From NCBI RefSeq assembly GCF_001447785.1, contig NW_015162475.1, positions 744,764 through 808,763 on the forward strand: a DNA stretch of 64,000 nucleotides, given 5' to 3'. Shown one piece after another: positions 1 to 13,070 of this stretch (the first letter of the stretch is position 1; each line of letters begins with the position of its first letter). Made by a program: the position numbers and the translations under genes. The notes beneath the pieces were generated by a model. That model worked only from the letters and a program-made list of their open reading frames with translations. It was not told where the DNA came from and did no database searches. Origin of the DNA: Gekko japonicus (Eukaryota).

Positions 1-879
1 AGAGGCCGAGGAAGATTCCCTCCCCTCGCTGCCGCCGCCGCCGCCGTTCACGCCGCTGCTGCCCCGGGCAGCCATAACTATTTAAAGAGCCCCTTCCAAG
101 ACCTGGGGGAGTCAAAAGGACCTCTCGCGTATGATGGCCGAGGGGCAAAGGCGCCGGGGGTGGTGGCATTGGTGTCCTGGGGGCAAATTCCACCTCTCGC
201 GCAAAGGCCCTCGGCCATCATACGCGAGAGGTGGAATTTGCCCCCAGGACTCCAATGCCACCACCCCCGGGGCTCAGAGAGGCCAGGAAAGATCCCCCCC
301 GCCGCCGTTCGCGCTGCCGTTCGCGCTGCTGCTGCCCCGGGCAGCCATAACTATTAAAAAACCACCCCTCTGGTCCACATTGGCATCCTGATATTCTTGC
401 TTTGCAACTTTGAGCCACTTTCTCAGCCTCATCCACCTCACAGGGTTGTTGTTGTTGTGAGCCTAGAACCACGTGCCCTTCCCTGAGCCCCTTGGAGGAG
501 AGATGGGGAAGGGTCACCTCACACTATTAAAGAGATTCCCATTTTTTACAAAAGCACCGTCTGCTCCCCACCTCTTCTGACCCGCAATTCTACGCCAGTG
601 CGCTCCCGTGGTGACGTGAGAGTGTAGGGTTGCCAGGCTCCAGGTGGGGCTTGGAGATCCCCCGGAACTGTAACTGATCTCCAGATGACAGAGATTCCTT
701 CCCCTGGAGAAAAGGGCCGCTTTGGGCAGTGGACTCTGTGGCATTATGCCCATTCCTCCCCAAGCTCCGCCTTCTTCAAAGCTTGACCCCCAAATCTCCA
801 AGAATATCCCAACCCGGAGTTCAAGTCCGCCCCCGTCTATTCCCTTCCCGCCTGCGCCGCAGCAGGAGGAGGAGGCGAA

Positions 880-1340
880 GGAGGGGGCGCTGCCGAGGCT
901 CAGGCGGCCCCAGCCAGCCGGAGGAAGTGCCCGCCTCGCCTTCGCCTGGAAGTGAAACGAGGGGGCCGGGCCGGCCGGCGCCTCCCTCCCTGCCTCCGTC
1001 TGTGCTGTCGGTCTCGTCTCCGCTCCGGCTTTACCTCCCTCCCTCCCTCCGCCACCAGCATGTCGCACGAGTCGAGCAGACGCGGGGAGGAGAGGAGCGG
1101 CGGCGGCAGCCTGAAGCGGCACCGGAGCCACAGCGAGTCCTTGCCGGGCGGCAGCAGCGGCAGCTCGGGCGGGGGCAGCAAAGGGCTGGGCTCCTCGGGA
1201 GGAGGAGGAGGAGGGGTCTTTTGGAGCGATGGGGGCGGGGGGGCAGGTAGATGGCCGCTGGATTTCCCAGGACTGGTCCAGCCGTCAGGAAGTCCCCGAA
1301 GAAGGGTGGGCGGGCCCCCGTGGATGGCAGAGAGGACAAA
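880..1340 (+). promoter_or_regulatory. CpG island / promoter of RP9
   Basis: Very GC- and CpG-rich, spans the ATG at 1060, and carries ETS-type GGAAGT motifs (~923, ~947). Confidence 0.75.
1060..1142 (+). CDS. RP9: RP9 exon 1 (putative; donor degenerate)
   Basis: gccaccagcATG then MSHESSRRGEERSGGGSLKRHRSHSES-TT. It ends at the ES(F) codon where a phase-2 junction is needed to join exon 2, but is followed by GCCGGG, not GT. Confidence 0.55.
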
Positions 1341-3143
1341 ACCTGCATGAAAGTTGCATGTGCTGATTTAGATTCATACATGCAGATTTGCGCATAAGGG
1401 ATGGATTTGGAATGGGGGTTGGGGCAACACTGTAGTGGCGGCTGTGTCTCCCTTCCCAGGTACTGTGGAAGGGGAACTTGTCAAGACCTCTGCTGCCCCT
1501 TGCTATGACTCCTCCTCTTTCACTCACCCCCCTCAGCCTGACTAGCCCGAGGAGCCCCTCTTCCAGTTCCAGCTGTGCAGCCGTCGAGCTCTTTGCCCCA
1601 GCAGCATGGGGCTGCGGAGGCACTGAGTACTCATCCTGCCCACAGGTGTGGTGCAGTTTAGCTCCATCAGCCTCACCTGCCTCCCAGTTCCAGAGGGTAC
1701 TGCTACCCGTGTTGGTCTGCAGGAGGAGAGCAGACTTCGGAGCCGGTAGCGCCTTCGAGAGCAACACGATTTTCAGGGTGTGAGCTTTCCAGAGTCAGTG
1801 TCCCGAGGAAGGGAGCTTTGATTCTCAAACGTTTATGCCCTGAAATCTGGTGGGCCTCGAAGGTGCTACTGGACTCGAATCCGGCTCTCTACCTCGCAGT
1901 GTTGCTGAGAGGTTAGAATGGAGGCGGGGAGAAAGATGTACATGGCCCCTGAACGCCTTGGAGGAAGAGAGAATAAAAATCCACAAAGTGAATAACATTC
2001 CCAAGGCAGATCCATAAATAACTTAGAAGCCATCACCAGTAACAAGCATGTATTGTACCGGCAGCTTCACAGATCATCAGGAAAAAGCCGAAGGCATTCT
2101 GAAATGGGTCATTTTCAGTGACCTGTAAAAGCAAGAGGGCTGGTGCTACTTGAACGTCTCATAGCAGGACATTCCTGAGAAACCCCTCTCTGTCCTTTAT
2201 GTGGCCGTAAATGATAGTGTAATAGTCTGGGGATGCCTGTATTTATTTACTTACTTCTTTGTTGGATTCTGTGCTTCACTGGTACCTGAGTAGTCCAAAG
2301 TTACACAGCAAGCTTCCATGGCGGAGTGGGGATTCAAACCTGGGATCTCCCAGGTTTAGTCTGACACTAACCACTGCATCATGCTGGCCGGATGAGAACA
2401 ATCCATAGAGATGAGAGGTGGCCATTCAGTGCACATTCAGATACCTGGCAGGCAGGTTTAGTGCCTTCATTACTGTCACTGACTTTGTTGACCAAAGATC
2501 TTCTGCTTCCGTTTTACTATCGTTTTCGTGTCCTCCAGAGAGCCAGTCTAGTTTGGGTCATCCAGGTTTAAATCTCTACTAACTCATGAAACTCTTTGGG
2601 AAACCTCATCATAGGGCTGTAGTGACAGCAACATGGAGGGAAGGAGAACCATACGCACAGCCCTGAGCTCCTGAAGAGAAGGACAAGCCTGCCAGTAAAC
2701 CTGCGAGAGGCAGACTGGGCCAAGTTAATAGTGCAACGGGGGCCGTGGTGAAAAGTTGATAACAGTGTCTATTGTGCCAAGATGGTGGAGACAAATCAGG
2801 GGGAAGAAATCAGAAAAATTAGTAAAAATTGCAGCACTGTCTAGAAGAGAAAGATTCCACTTCTGAGCAGTGTTTCTATGACCTGAAACTGTTGCTATTC
2901 GTCTGAATTAGAATAACTCCTGCAGATCGGGATGTCTCGTAAAAGGGTATCACTGGCAGCTTGATAAAGGGGTCCTTTCCCTAACCTGCTTCCTGTCGGT
3001 CTCCTCATGCAGAGGAAGTGAAATATTGAAGAAATTTTTCCTCTCCCCTTACCTTTGTTTTGAATGAATATCCCCTTTTGCTTAGGTAGTAACAAAGTAT
3101 TAATAGAGCAATATTTTCCTCTCTTCCCCCCCCCCCCCCCCCG

Positions 3144-3174
3144 ATATGAGAAACTTCCTCCCGGAATGATTAAG
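3144..3174 (+). CDS. RP9: RP9 exon 2 (acceptor degenerate)
   Basis: 31 nt encoding YEKLPPGMIK (RP9 consensus YEKPPPGLIK) with a good AAG|gtaggt donor. The acceptor reads ...ccccg instead of ...ag. Confidence 0.8.
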
Positions 3175-3413
3175 GTAGGTTGGCATGCCATAATGCTTCT
3201 TTTTAATATTTCAGAAACATTTTAAAGGTGCTTCTTAACTTCACAAAGGTGATAGTCAAATTCACTCTGTGTGTCCAGTATATCCTGAGGTGACTTTACC
3301 ATGCGGGGACCATTTGTCATAGATCTGAAGCTGAGGAAAAATAAGCCCACTTTGCTTTTGCACAGAGTTTGTTTTTATGAGTTTATTTTATGAGTTTATT
3401 CCTCTTGTTCCAG

Positions 3414-3543
3414 GAAAATGAGACAAAACCAGAAGACTGCATTCCTGATGTGCCTGGAAATGAAAATGCACGAGAATTCCTCGCACATGCGCCAACAAAA
3501 GGGCTCTGGATGCCTCTAGGGAAAGCGGTCAAAGTTATGCAGT
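3414..3543 (+). CDS. RP9: RP9 exon 3
   Basis: ccag|ENETKPEDCIPDVPGNENAREFLAHAPTKGLWMPLGKAVKVMQ-T|gtaagc, recognisable RP9/PAP-1 core. Confidence 0.95.
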
Positions 3544-5176
3544 GTAAGCCTTGGAAGTTTCTAGAATCGTTTACATCCTTTATACAGAGGGGGAAATCAT
3601 GGGGCAGGGAAAAGAGCAGGTGTCATAAAATATGAGATAATGATTGACTTCACATTGATGATCAATTTTTCTTATTTAAACACCACCCTGTCCTGTGAAT
3701 GTGGAGCATCTTCGGCGGGAGGGTGGGATAAAAATCAAATAAATAAATAAAGAAATAAATAATTTCGTCAGTCACATCTATCTCTCACCCCACTGGTACA
3801 CAGTGAAAGCAATGAGTATGAAACAGCATAGGAAAATTAATTGGAGGCTGGATGCTGAATGTTCATGCTGAGTTCACCCTTTGCCTTCTCAGATTTCCAG
3901 CGGTAAACAGGAAAAAAACATCCTAGAGAGGCAGTGTGATGTAGTGGTTAACAGCAGTGGGTTGTAATCTGAAGAACCAAGTTTGATTCCCCACTCCTCC
4001 TCCCCATGAAGCCTGCTGGGTGACCTTGGTCCAGTCACAGTTCTCTCAGAACTCTCTCAGCCCCAGCTAACTCACGAGGTACCTGTTGCGGTGGGGAGAG
4101 GAAGGGAAGGTGATGGTAAGCTGCTTTGAGACTACTTAGGGTAGGGAAAAGCAGAGTATAAAAATGAACTCCTTTTATTCTAGAACTCCTTTATCCCATT
4201 TTAAATAGTGTGCCTGATTCTTTGTAGCCCGCTGGGGGAGCAGATCACCTAGTTCCAGGTGGTGGAGATTTTAGCTAGAGCCAGCGGACATGGTTGTTTT
4301 TCTCACCTGCCTTTGTCTCTTGCTCATGGGACAGTTGATTCTAAATCAAAATGGCTGCCGAGAGCATAGAGAAGCCCAGTCCCAGATGGTGTAGCAGCAG
4401 CCACTGAAGATGACAGGGCTTTCACATGCATTCCACCTGAAAAAAAGCTAGCAGCCATCTTTGGGGGGGGGGCAAGCATTTAAACCTTCCCTGCTTTACA
4501 GGCGGCATGCTTGGAGCGACAGCACTTGTGCCTCAGGCCTCCGTTACAATCTCTGTGTTCACATCAGTGCCCCGAGGCTTCTTTCTCTAACCTGTGCATC
4601 AGTCTGAATAATGAGGGCATTCGCAGTGATCTCTCTCCAGATGTTCTTCAGAATTGATCAAAGATCCAAGTATGTTCAGATGTAATGTGAAAATCTCTTT
4701 ACTTAGGCAGCTGCTGAATGATTGGGATAAGCTGGGGCCTATTTTCTTTCCTTTTTTAGTTAGTATAGCCACCATCACTCCAGTTTAATAGTGATTTGGT
4801 ACTCGTAGTAAGTGGTACTAGATGCTGAAGAGCATATAAGTGAAAGAACCCTTACATAGTTCTCTCTCCCCCATTTTACTCTCAAACCACCCTGGGAGGC
4901 ATCGCAGGCTGAGAGAGAATGATCAGCTTGGGGTCATACAGCAGGTTTCCGTGGCAGACTGGGGATTCCAATTGGAGGTTTCCAGAACCTAGTCTTACAC
5001 TCTAACCACTACACCACACTCCTCAGAAGCCAGAAATGGACCACTCCCTCTGTAACAAAAATCAAGAATAGAGCTGCCACTTTGTTAAAAAAGGAAAACA
5101 GTGTTTGGTAAAGTCCTTACCCTCCATTACATTGCACTATTCTGAAGCATCTTTAAAGCTTATCTTTTATGTTTAG

Positions 5177-5268
5177 GCTGGAGATGTAAAAGTTATGAAC
5201 ACAGAAGAGGTGATAAAGAATGTGCTTTCTTCATTAAAGACAATCAGAAGCTTGAACAATTCAGAGTA
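5177..5268 (+). CDS. RP9: RP9 exon 4 (zinc-knuckle-like CxxC..H..C)
   Basis: tttag|(C)WRCKSYEHRRGDKECAFFIKDNQKLEQFRV|gtaagt; phases fit the flanking exons. Confidence 0.93.
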
Positions 5269-6678
5269 GTAAGTAAAATACTGCACATGTAGTGTGTGTG
5301 GGTGGGTGTATTTAATAATTCTGAATAAGCTGATTTAACAATAGCAAACTGGCCCATTTGCAGCCTAAAAAGTACAGACAGCTTTGGCAGTTTCGGCGTG
5401 CTGTTTCTTGGTGGTAGTTCCCAGTAGAGATGAGCAGATTTCCCCCAGTCCATTCCTAGAGGATCCCAACTTACTGTTCCATTTGCACATCTGCAGTTCC
5501 ACCTACAGAACAGCGCTTTTGTTAATGGAGGAGGGGAGGGTGGTTTCTGTCAACTCCCCCTTCCTCTGCAGACCCATTTTTCCTGCAACACTGCTTTTGG
5601 GGGTCCACTGACCCACAGGAACAAAAGGGGGGGGATACAATGTGTTGGGGGAGGTCAGGAAGTTACATTCTTTCAGCATAACTCTGCTTGCGCTGCTTAG
5701 GCTCCAAGTCATATTGTTCCAAACGTTTTCTACATGTTGTTCTGCTCCTCTTTTTTTTTGGTTTGAGAAGGATAGTTTCTAAGTTTAATTCAGAAATGCC
5801 TCTTGTTGCAGCTTTCAGTTAAAGTTCATCTGTGTTTGCACCAGCATTCCTTATGCACTCAAGTACATGATGCATTGATAAAGCTCTGCAAAAAAGCAGT
5901 TGACGTGCTCTGCATCAAGATGCTGAATGCACTGTTTTACTTACTAATCCACTATTCCAGAGTACATGAAAACGAATCTTGACGATTAATCACACCAAGG
6001 TTCCTTTTCTTCCCCCCCCAGTGAGGTATTAATGCGTACATGTGCATCAGTAATATAGAAGAGGGAAAAAACGTTAATGAATGAAGAAGCTGTAAGCTGC
6101 AACAAACTTCATAGACATGATGCTCTGGACACAGTTTAATTTTTTTTAATGAGTGGGGGATTTGTCATGCGTACCCACTCCAGAAACAAGACCAGAACCG
6201 CTACTCCAAGGAGAAGTTTAGATAAAAATGTCAACTGTGCTCTGAGCAGTGTGATACAGAGTGTTGGACTGGATGGGCCTTTGGCCTGATCTTATGTTCT
6301 TATGTTCTTAAATGCATTCTCAATTCACCTTTACTATAGATGATAATGAAAGGGTTATTTAGAAGCCTGGTGTAGCAGAAAGAAGGGTAATAAATGATCA
6401 TGATTATTTATGTAGAGAATTTTTATACCCCCTCTCCAGAGAAACTGCTCTGTATTTGGGGTTGGTTCATATTATATGACTTGGCAGTTCGGGGACAACT
6501 GAAACCCAGAAAATTTAGGAACACATTGCTAATTTGCATGATCATATATTAGAAATACCATAAATGTAAGATGGCTTTGTAATGCATACTAAACCTTTGA
6601 TATCTGGTCGGATTGCATTTTTGGCTTTCGTCATGCAAAACTGTTAGAAATAAGTTCTAAAGCGTTTTCTTTTTCAAG

Positions 6679-6740
6679 GCGCACGAAGACCCCATGTATG
6701 ATATAATAAGGGAAAACAAGCGTCACGAGAAAGAAATGCG
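6679..6740 (+). CDS. RP9: RP9 exon 5
   Basis: tcaag|AHEDPMYDIIRENKRHEKEM-CG|gtaagc. Confidence 0.93.
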
Positions 6741-7048
6741 GTAAGCCTGGCATTCTTTTAAAACATATCCAGGTATTGACTAATAATAAATGCTTAGCAT
6801 TTATATGGCACATAAGGGGGGTCAGAGTGCTCTGAATCCATTGGGTCAGATCAAGTCTGCTTTTTCACTCCATCTTGCTCAGTTCCCCTCCCTACTACAG
6901 ACATCGTCCTACATGGCTTTTGTACCAGCAGGTCCACTGATCCACAGCATAGCCTTTTTGGTTGACCAAGAGGACCCCTCCTTCCCTTTTCGCCAGTAGA
7001 AAAGTTGGATGGATCCAACCTGTTGTCTTTAAGACCCAGTATTATTAG

Positions 7049-7401
7049 GACCTGCAGTGGCTCAAGTGGTTAAGACGCTGAACTGCAGGCTGTGGAAGGT
7101 CGGTAGTTCAGCAGTTCGAGACCCGGGTGCCACATGATGGAGTGAGCTCCTGTCTCTGGCCCCAGCTCCTGCCAACCTAGCAGTTCAAAAGCAAGAAATT
7201 GCAAGTAGATAAATAGGTACCGCTTCAGTGGGAAGGTAACAGCGTTCCGTGCGCCTTGGCGTTTAGTCATGCCGGCCACATGACCACGGAAACGTCTTCG
7301 GACAGTCCTGGCTCTTCAGCTTTGAAACGGAGATGAGCACCGCAACCCTAGAGTCGGATTCGACTGGCTTTCGAGCAAGGGAACCTTTACCTTTACCTTT
7401 T
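7049..7401 (+). mobile_element. Sauria SINE
   Basis: tRNA-like head (gtggctcaagtggttaag...gttcgagaccc), conserved body and (ACCTTT)n tail. Near-identical to the copies at 11186 and 31578. Confidence 0.9.
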
Positions 7402-8013
7402 AATATTAGGGAGCCAGTGATTAGAGCCTAGGTACAATCTCTGACTCGGCCATGAAAATAGCTAGCTGACCTTTGACCTGTCACTCTTTCAGCCAAAGAT
7501 ACTTTGTGTTATTTAAAAAAAATTATCTACTTGCTTACTTCTTTTATGCTGTGAGTTTAAGTTAGGCTGGGAGTGTGTTACTGGCCCAAAGTTGCCCAGT
7601 GAGCTTCCTTGGCAGTGTGGAGATTTGAACCTTGCGTCCCCCTCAGGTCCTTAGAGAATGGGTGGGGCAAAACCGTGATAGACCTCTGTAGTTTAGCAGC
7701 TGTAGTGATAGAGAACAGAGTTCAGATGTGCATTATGGCGTGAAGGTCACTCTCTCTGCTGACCTACCTTTTAGGGTTGTTGTAAAGATAGAGAGGAGGG
7801 AATAATTGGGCATCCTGCACTAAGCCCTTTGAAGGGAGGGTGGGATAAAAATATAATAATGCAGTATTGCCGATGTTGCGGATGAAGGGTTGGGTCTGAG
7901 AGAGAGAGTGGGGTGCCGAACACCACTTTCTGAGGTGAGAGATGAGATTTGAACTCAGCACTTTCTGGTTTAGAACTCGATACTTAAGAGACTGCCCTTC
8001 AGTAGGTTGCAAC

Positions 8014-8219
8014 CAATGCTCCCTCTAAGCTGTGGAGTCTTTTGAGCAAAAAATCTACTTTGTGAGCTACTGGCATTAAAGTTGTAAGCGAGCAATTTGG
8101 CTACAGCATAAATTAGTCTGCTCTGGAGCCATCCTTTCTGAGCTAAGGCAAAAATGTGTGAGCCAGAGGCTAAAACACTGTGAGCTAGCTCACACCAACT
8201 CAGCTTAGAGGGAACACTG
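8014..8219 (+). mobile_element. hAT-type MITE, family A
   Basis: TIRs caatgctccctctaagctg / cagcttagagggaacactg and a perfect 8-bp TSD GTTGCAAC. Confidence 0.9.
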
Positions 8220-8432
8220 GTTGCAACTGTTGATACTTTCAAAATTCAGTGCCAGTTCTAGGGGGAAAACACACACGGACACACACCATTTACCATGTCA
8301 TTAAACTGGTCACCATGTCGCCAGCGTAAGGATTATATTTAAGCAAAAATGAAATAGGTAGATTGTCCAACAAAACGGGGTGTGTGTGTGCGCGCGCATA
8401 ATTTAATCTTCTGGATCCATTTATGTGTTTAG

Positions 8433-8625
8433 GATACAGCAGTTGAAGCAGCTGCTTGAAGACTCCACTTCGGACGAAGACAGCAGCAGTGAGAGCGCCA
8501 GTTCTTCGGGGGGGAAGGAAAGGCACAAGAAAAAGAAGAAAGAGAAAAAGAAGAAAGAGAAAAAGAAGAAGAAAAAGAGAAAGCACAAATCTTCCAAATC
8601 AGACAGAAGGTCAGAATCGGACTGA
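8433..8625 (+). CDS. RP9: RP9 exon 6 (Ser/Lys-rich tail, stop)
   Basis: tttag|(R)IQQLKQLLEDSTSDEDSSSES...KKKKRKHKSSKSDRRSESD*. Candidate AATAAA at 10541-10546. Confidence 0.95.
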
Positions 8626-10727
8626 GGAAGCTTTGTAAAGTGTTGGGAGGCATCCAGTTCCTCCTGAAAGAGGTTTTGCGATCGTTTGGATACGATCTGC
8701 AGGCACTTTTACCTGCTCCGTGGTGATATTTTGCAAGTTGCCTTATCAACGGGCTCTCCTGCTATATCTGTGCATTGCATTTCTCTCCCACTTAGGATTT
8801 AAAACCCAGTGTGAGGGTTTGGTGCAGCAAGGGCTGCCATGAAAGAGAATTGCCTCCCATATTCCCTGTGAGTTTCCTTGTTAGGAGCTATTGGCCTGTA
8901 GACCCCTGTCTATTCTTTTAGCCTCCTAAGAGGCTGGAAGCAGTTTGGCGGCAGCAAGGTATGTTACTCCGGGACCCAGGATGGGAACTGCAGGGGAGGA
9001 ATTGCCAGTAGGGAAACCTGCAAAAACACTGCTGCAGTGTCTGCACAAGGACCCTCCGGGTTGTAGCTTAGGAGACTATATATAAATACAGATGGACAAT
9101 TGCTTTAGTGTCATGAAAGTGAAATCTCTGCTATGTGGCGGGCTAAGGAGGGTGACGTCTGGCAAGCCAAAGTTATGCTTTCCGAAGCTAAAGCCAGCAG
9201 TCGCCAGAAACAAGAGTAAGATTTTGTGTGGATTTCACACTGCAGAACCTTTGAATTAAAAAGGGTGCTTTTTCAGCATGAGAAACCGATCTTTATTTCA
9301 CCTTGGAATTCATGGAGACGATTTATGACTACAGTTGTACTTGAACGGAAACAGGGTGATACACCCAGTTTAACTTAAAGCTGGCCTGCGCAACTGAGCC
9401 AAAGAGACTCTACTGTCTCTGCGTGGTAGGAGGCTCCATAAACTGCCTGTAGTGCCTGCTTCCTTGAAACTACAAAAACCGAGGGTGATTCTCAAGCACT
9501 CGGCCCAGGGGTAGACTGTCCACTAAATGTACCGGAAAAGTTCCTGGAGGGCCACTGCTGACCAGAAGAAAGAGCTCGGCCCCAACAGCAATGCCAGTGA
9601 AAAAGGAGCCACTGGGCTCAGAACCTTCAGCGGCAACCATGACTGGTATGGACTGACCGGTTGGTCCCTCACACACAGCCGCTGGGTGGTTTGTGTGTTA
9701 TAAGGGCTGTGCAGTTTGGCTTGCTTCTGGATTGTACTAACTCTCCAGTTCACCCTTTGCTTTGGTCAGCCCCTTCTACACAGCTGGTTGGCTGCACTTG
9801 GCTTAAATTGTACAGGCATAACTCCAACCTGTCTGTGCCATTTGAGTTACTGGCAGATTGTGTCTTGTTCTGACAATTCCATATCTGAAAAGTCAATGTG
9901 TATGATGGGGAGTCATGTCCAGCCCTTTCAGTTATGTCATCTATGTGTTTACTGTGACAAAATGATGTAAATCAAGATCTGTGAACAGCACATACAACAA
10001 TTGGTTGGATCCTGTGATGCTCTTCCATAAAACTGGATTATGCATCAGCATTCCCCTAAATCTTTGTCTGATGGAGAATGAAAGGGGGACAAAAGAAGTC
10101 TTTGAGCAAATAATGTTAATGCTTTGTTGCAGCTGAATTGTACAAAAGCATTTGGATTTGAAGAATCTTAACCAATGCAATAGAAATCTTAGTTGTGGTT
10201 TTTGTTGTGATTTCCCCCTGCAGACTGTGGATTTTAGTCCACTGTTTGCTGTTAAAATACTTCTGTTTGCTTATTGAATGGAACTCCCAGGCATTAAAAA
10301 CCCTCTTGATTATATTTGGATATGGTCAACAGCAAATGGACTGGCTGCTGCAAAAGAGCCTTAAAAATAATCTATACAGTTTTGCAATATTTATTGCTTG
10401 GATATACTGGGAAAATCTGGCAAACTGCTATGTTAGGCCAGTTTTTGGTAATGATTCTATGCCATGGTTTTTTTGCGGTGGGATATGGGAAGAGTATAAG
10501 AGTACAAGAACTGTGTTCAGTGCTGCAGCTGATTTTCTCTAATAAAAGAGTATCTAATCCATCTACCAAAATGTTTAAAGTCTTATGGCAACATGAAGGC
10601 CAACAGATTTATGGTGGCATAAGCTTTCATCGCCTAGAGGCTATGTTTCATAGATGCATGAACTGTGTCTGCACATGACATACATATACATAAACACATA
10701 CACACAGAGAAATAGGTAATGTAGTAC

Positions 10728-10910
10728 AAGAACATAAGAGAAGCCATGTTAGATCAGGCCAGTGGCCCATCCAGTCCAACGCTCTGTGTCACACAGTGGC
10801 CAAAACCCAAGTCCCATCAGGAGGCCAGAACTCCGGAAGCCCTCCCAATGTTGTCCCCCCCCAGCACCAAGAATGCAGAGCATCACTGCCCCAGACATAG
10901 TGTTCCATCT
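10728..10910 (-). mobile_element. CR1 LINE 3' end, left part (split by a LINE insertion)
   Basis: aagaacataaga repeat (reverse of the CR1 TTCTTATG tail); the sequence resumes at 14013. Confidence 0.7.
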
Positions 10911-11185
10911 CACCCAACCGTGAAACTGTTATCCTGGAACATGGCTGGATGGGGAAGTAAGAAAATGGATCACGATTTGTGTTCCTATTTAAGGCAATTT
11001 GAGATGATTTTCTTTCAGGAAACATGGACAGAGTCCACAATTTCCCTTGAAGGATTTTCAACATATTCCCTGCCTGGGTTTAAGAGCAATCCTCGGGGCC
11101 GTTTCCAAGCAGGTTTAACACTTTTGTTTTCTCTTTAGCCCAAACTTAAATTGTTGGAATTACCTGCTTGCAACCCCATTGCCCA

Positions 11186-11541
11186 GGAGCTGCGGTGGCT
11201 CAAGTGGTTAAGACGCTGAACTGCAGGCTGTGGAAGGTTGGTAGTTCAGCAGTTCGAGACCCGAGTGTGCGGCATGACGGAGTGAGCTCCCGTCTCTATT
11301 TCCAGCTCCTGCCAACCTAGCAGTTCGAAAGCAAGAAATCGCAAGTAGATAAATAGGTACCACTTCAGTGGGAAGGTAACAGCATTCCGTGTACCTTGGT
11401 GTTTAGTCATACCGGCCACATAACCATGGAAATGTCTTCAGACAGCGTTGGTTCTTCGGCTTTGAAACGGAGATGAGCACCGCAACCCTAGAGTCGGATT
11501 CGACTGGCTTTCAAGCAAAGGATCCTTTACCTTTACCTTTT
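11186..11541 (+). mobile_element. Sauria SINE inserted in the LINE
   Basis: Same family as 7049, flanked by an imperfect TSD aaccccattgccca / aactccactgccca. Confidence 0.9.
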
Positions 11542-12674
11542 AACTCCACTGCCCATGCTTTTCTATTTAGTCTTCAGGATTTTGCTTTTATTGCAGTCAA
11601 CATCTATTTACCTCCTTCCCCAGACAAATTGTCCTTATGTGCCCTTTGGGACCGCTTGATTTCATATCTTGAACAACTAGAACTTCGCTTTCCCATAGTA
11701 GATATGATCCTTCTGGTGATTTTAATGCCAGAATTGGTAAAGATGACCAGGACCTTCTGGCCGCTCTGAACCTAGACCCAAACGACTCCCTCCCAAATTT
11801 CTTTAGTTTTGTTAGGTCCTCCAAAGACCCTCATATTACCAGGCGGGCATATTTCTTACTAAATTTTGCATCCAATTTGATAAATTTGTCCTAAATGGTT
11901 CCCATACTAGGGATATCCCTGGGGAATTTACTATTTTATTTATTTATTTATATTTATTTATTCAGGTATTGCATCAACTACAGGTTGTAGCGTTTTAGAT
12001 TAGATTACTGAGAGTGACCATTTCCCTCTAGTCCTCTCAATTACCCCCCAGATACACCTTCAACCTGATCTTGCCCCTACAGTTAATGATTTATCCTCTG
12101 AGTCCCTCCCTAGATCTATTTGGTCACATAACCATACTGAGAGAGTCCAGCTATTAGTCACTGAGCAAGCGATTATTGACCTGCACTCCTCCCTTATGAC
12201 TTCTTCAAACCCCACTAAAGCTGTAATTTCATATGATAATTTAGTCTCCACCTTTATTTCCCTACTTAACCCTGTTCCCATTTTGCCCTCCAGACACAAA
12301 CCCAAGTATAATGCATGGTGCAACAGAGAATGTTTATGTTTGATTTGTGTTTGAAGTCCACTCTCCCTTCCATTTATCACCATTATTGGAGCCAAAAAAA
12401 GTCTTCCTTACCGAAGGTATACTTCACTGTTAAACAACAGCTGTCAGACTGAGTCAAAGCCAAGAAACAAAGATCCTAGTTTTTTCCAAATCCTGGAAAC
12501 AGTTCCCATGGACAATCCAGGGAAATCCCATTGAGCAGATCAAATCATTTAAATACTTGGGGATCAACTTCTTCTACAATGGGAACTGGGTTACTCACCA
12601 CAAATGTGCTACTACTCTAGCAAGAAACGGTGCTGAGGCCATTGCCCGCTTTTTCTATATGAGAGGCAATAGAT

Positions 12675-13070
12675 GGCCCCGGTCACACGGGAGGCTTTGA
12701 TCCACAAGAAGGACGGATCGTGGGCATGATCACACCGCAACATCTGGGAAGCGGCGTGCACCCGTCCCCGATCCGTCTCTTCCGGCCGAAGATGCGGATT
12801 TAAAAAACCCCTACAAAACACTAGTACTTACCAGAAAATCCGCAGCAGGGGTGGCCGTATGATCGCCGGTGTGCCCGTCTCTCCCACATGCTGAACTGTG
12901 CATGCACATGCATGCGCAGTGGGCTCGCCTCGTTCTGCTGTCCGTGGCTTCCCCCTGGCATCTGATCATGCTGGGGAGGAACTGTGCGGCGGCTGGGGGG
13001 ATTTCTCTTTTGATGCAGCTCACAAAAGCCGCACTTTAGCCGCGCCTTTTCCCCCAATGTGACCAGGGCT
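12675..13070. mobile_element. PIF/Harbinger-like MITE inserted in the LINE
   Basis: TIRs ggccccggtcacac / atgtgaccagggct, 3-bp TSD GAT, CpG-rich body. Confidence 0.7.

Noticed and set aside
1243-1252. Alternative RP9 exon-1 donor GCAG|gtagat rescuing the gene
   Set aside because: It is phase 1, whereas exon 2 needs phase 2 and exon 3 needs phase 0, so it does not restore the frame to either.
514-1381. Several 100-200 aa ORFs around the RP9 start
   Set aside because: GC-rich promoter artefacts; only 1060-1142 resembles RP9.
7049-7130. tRNA gene
   Set aside because: The A/B boxes belong to a Sauria SINE head that occurs three times in the window.
8290-8749. Antisense hydrophobic ORFs over RP9 exon 6
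   Set aside because: Mirror translation of the poly-Lys (AAG/AAA) tract.
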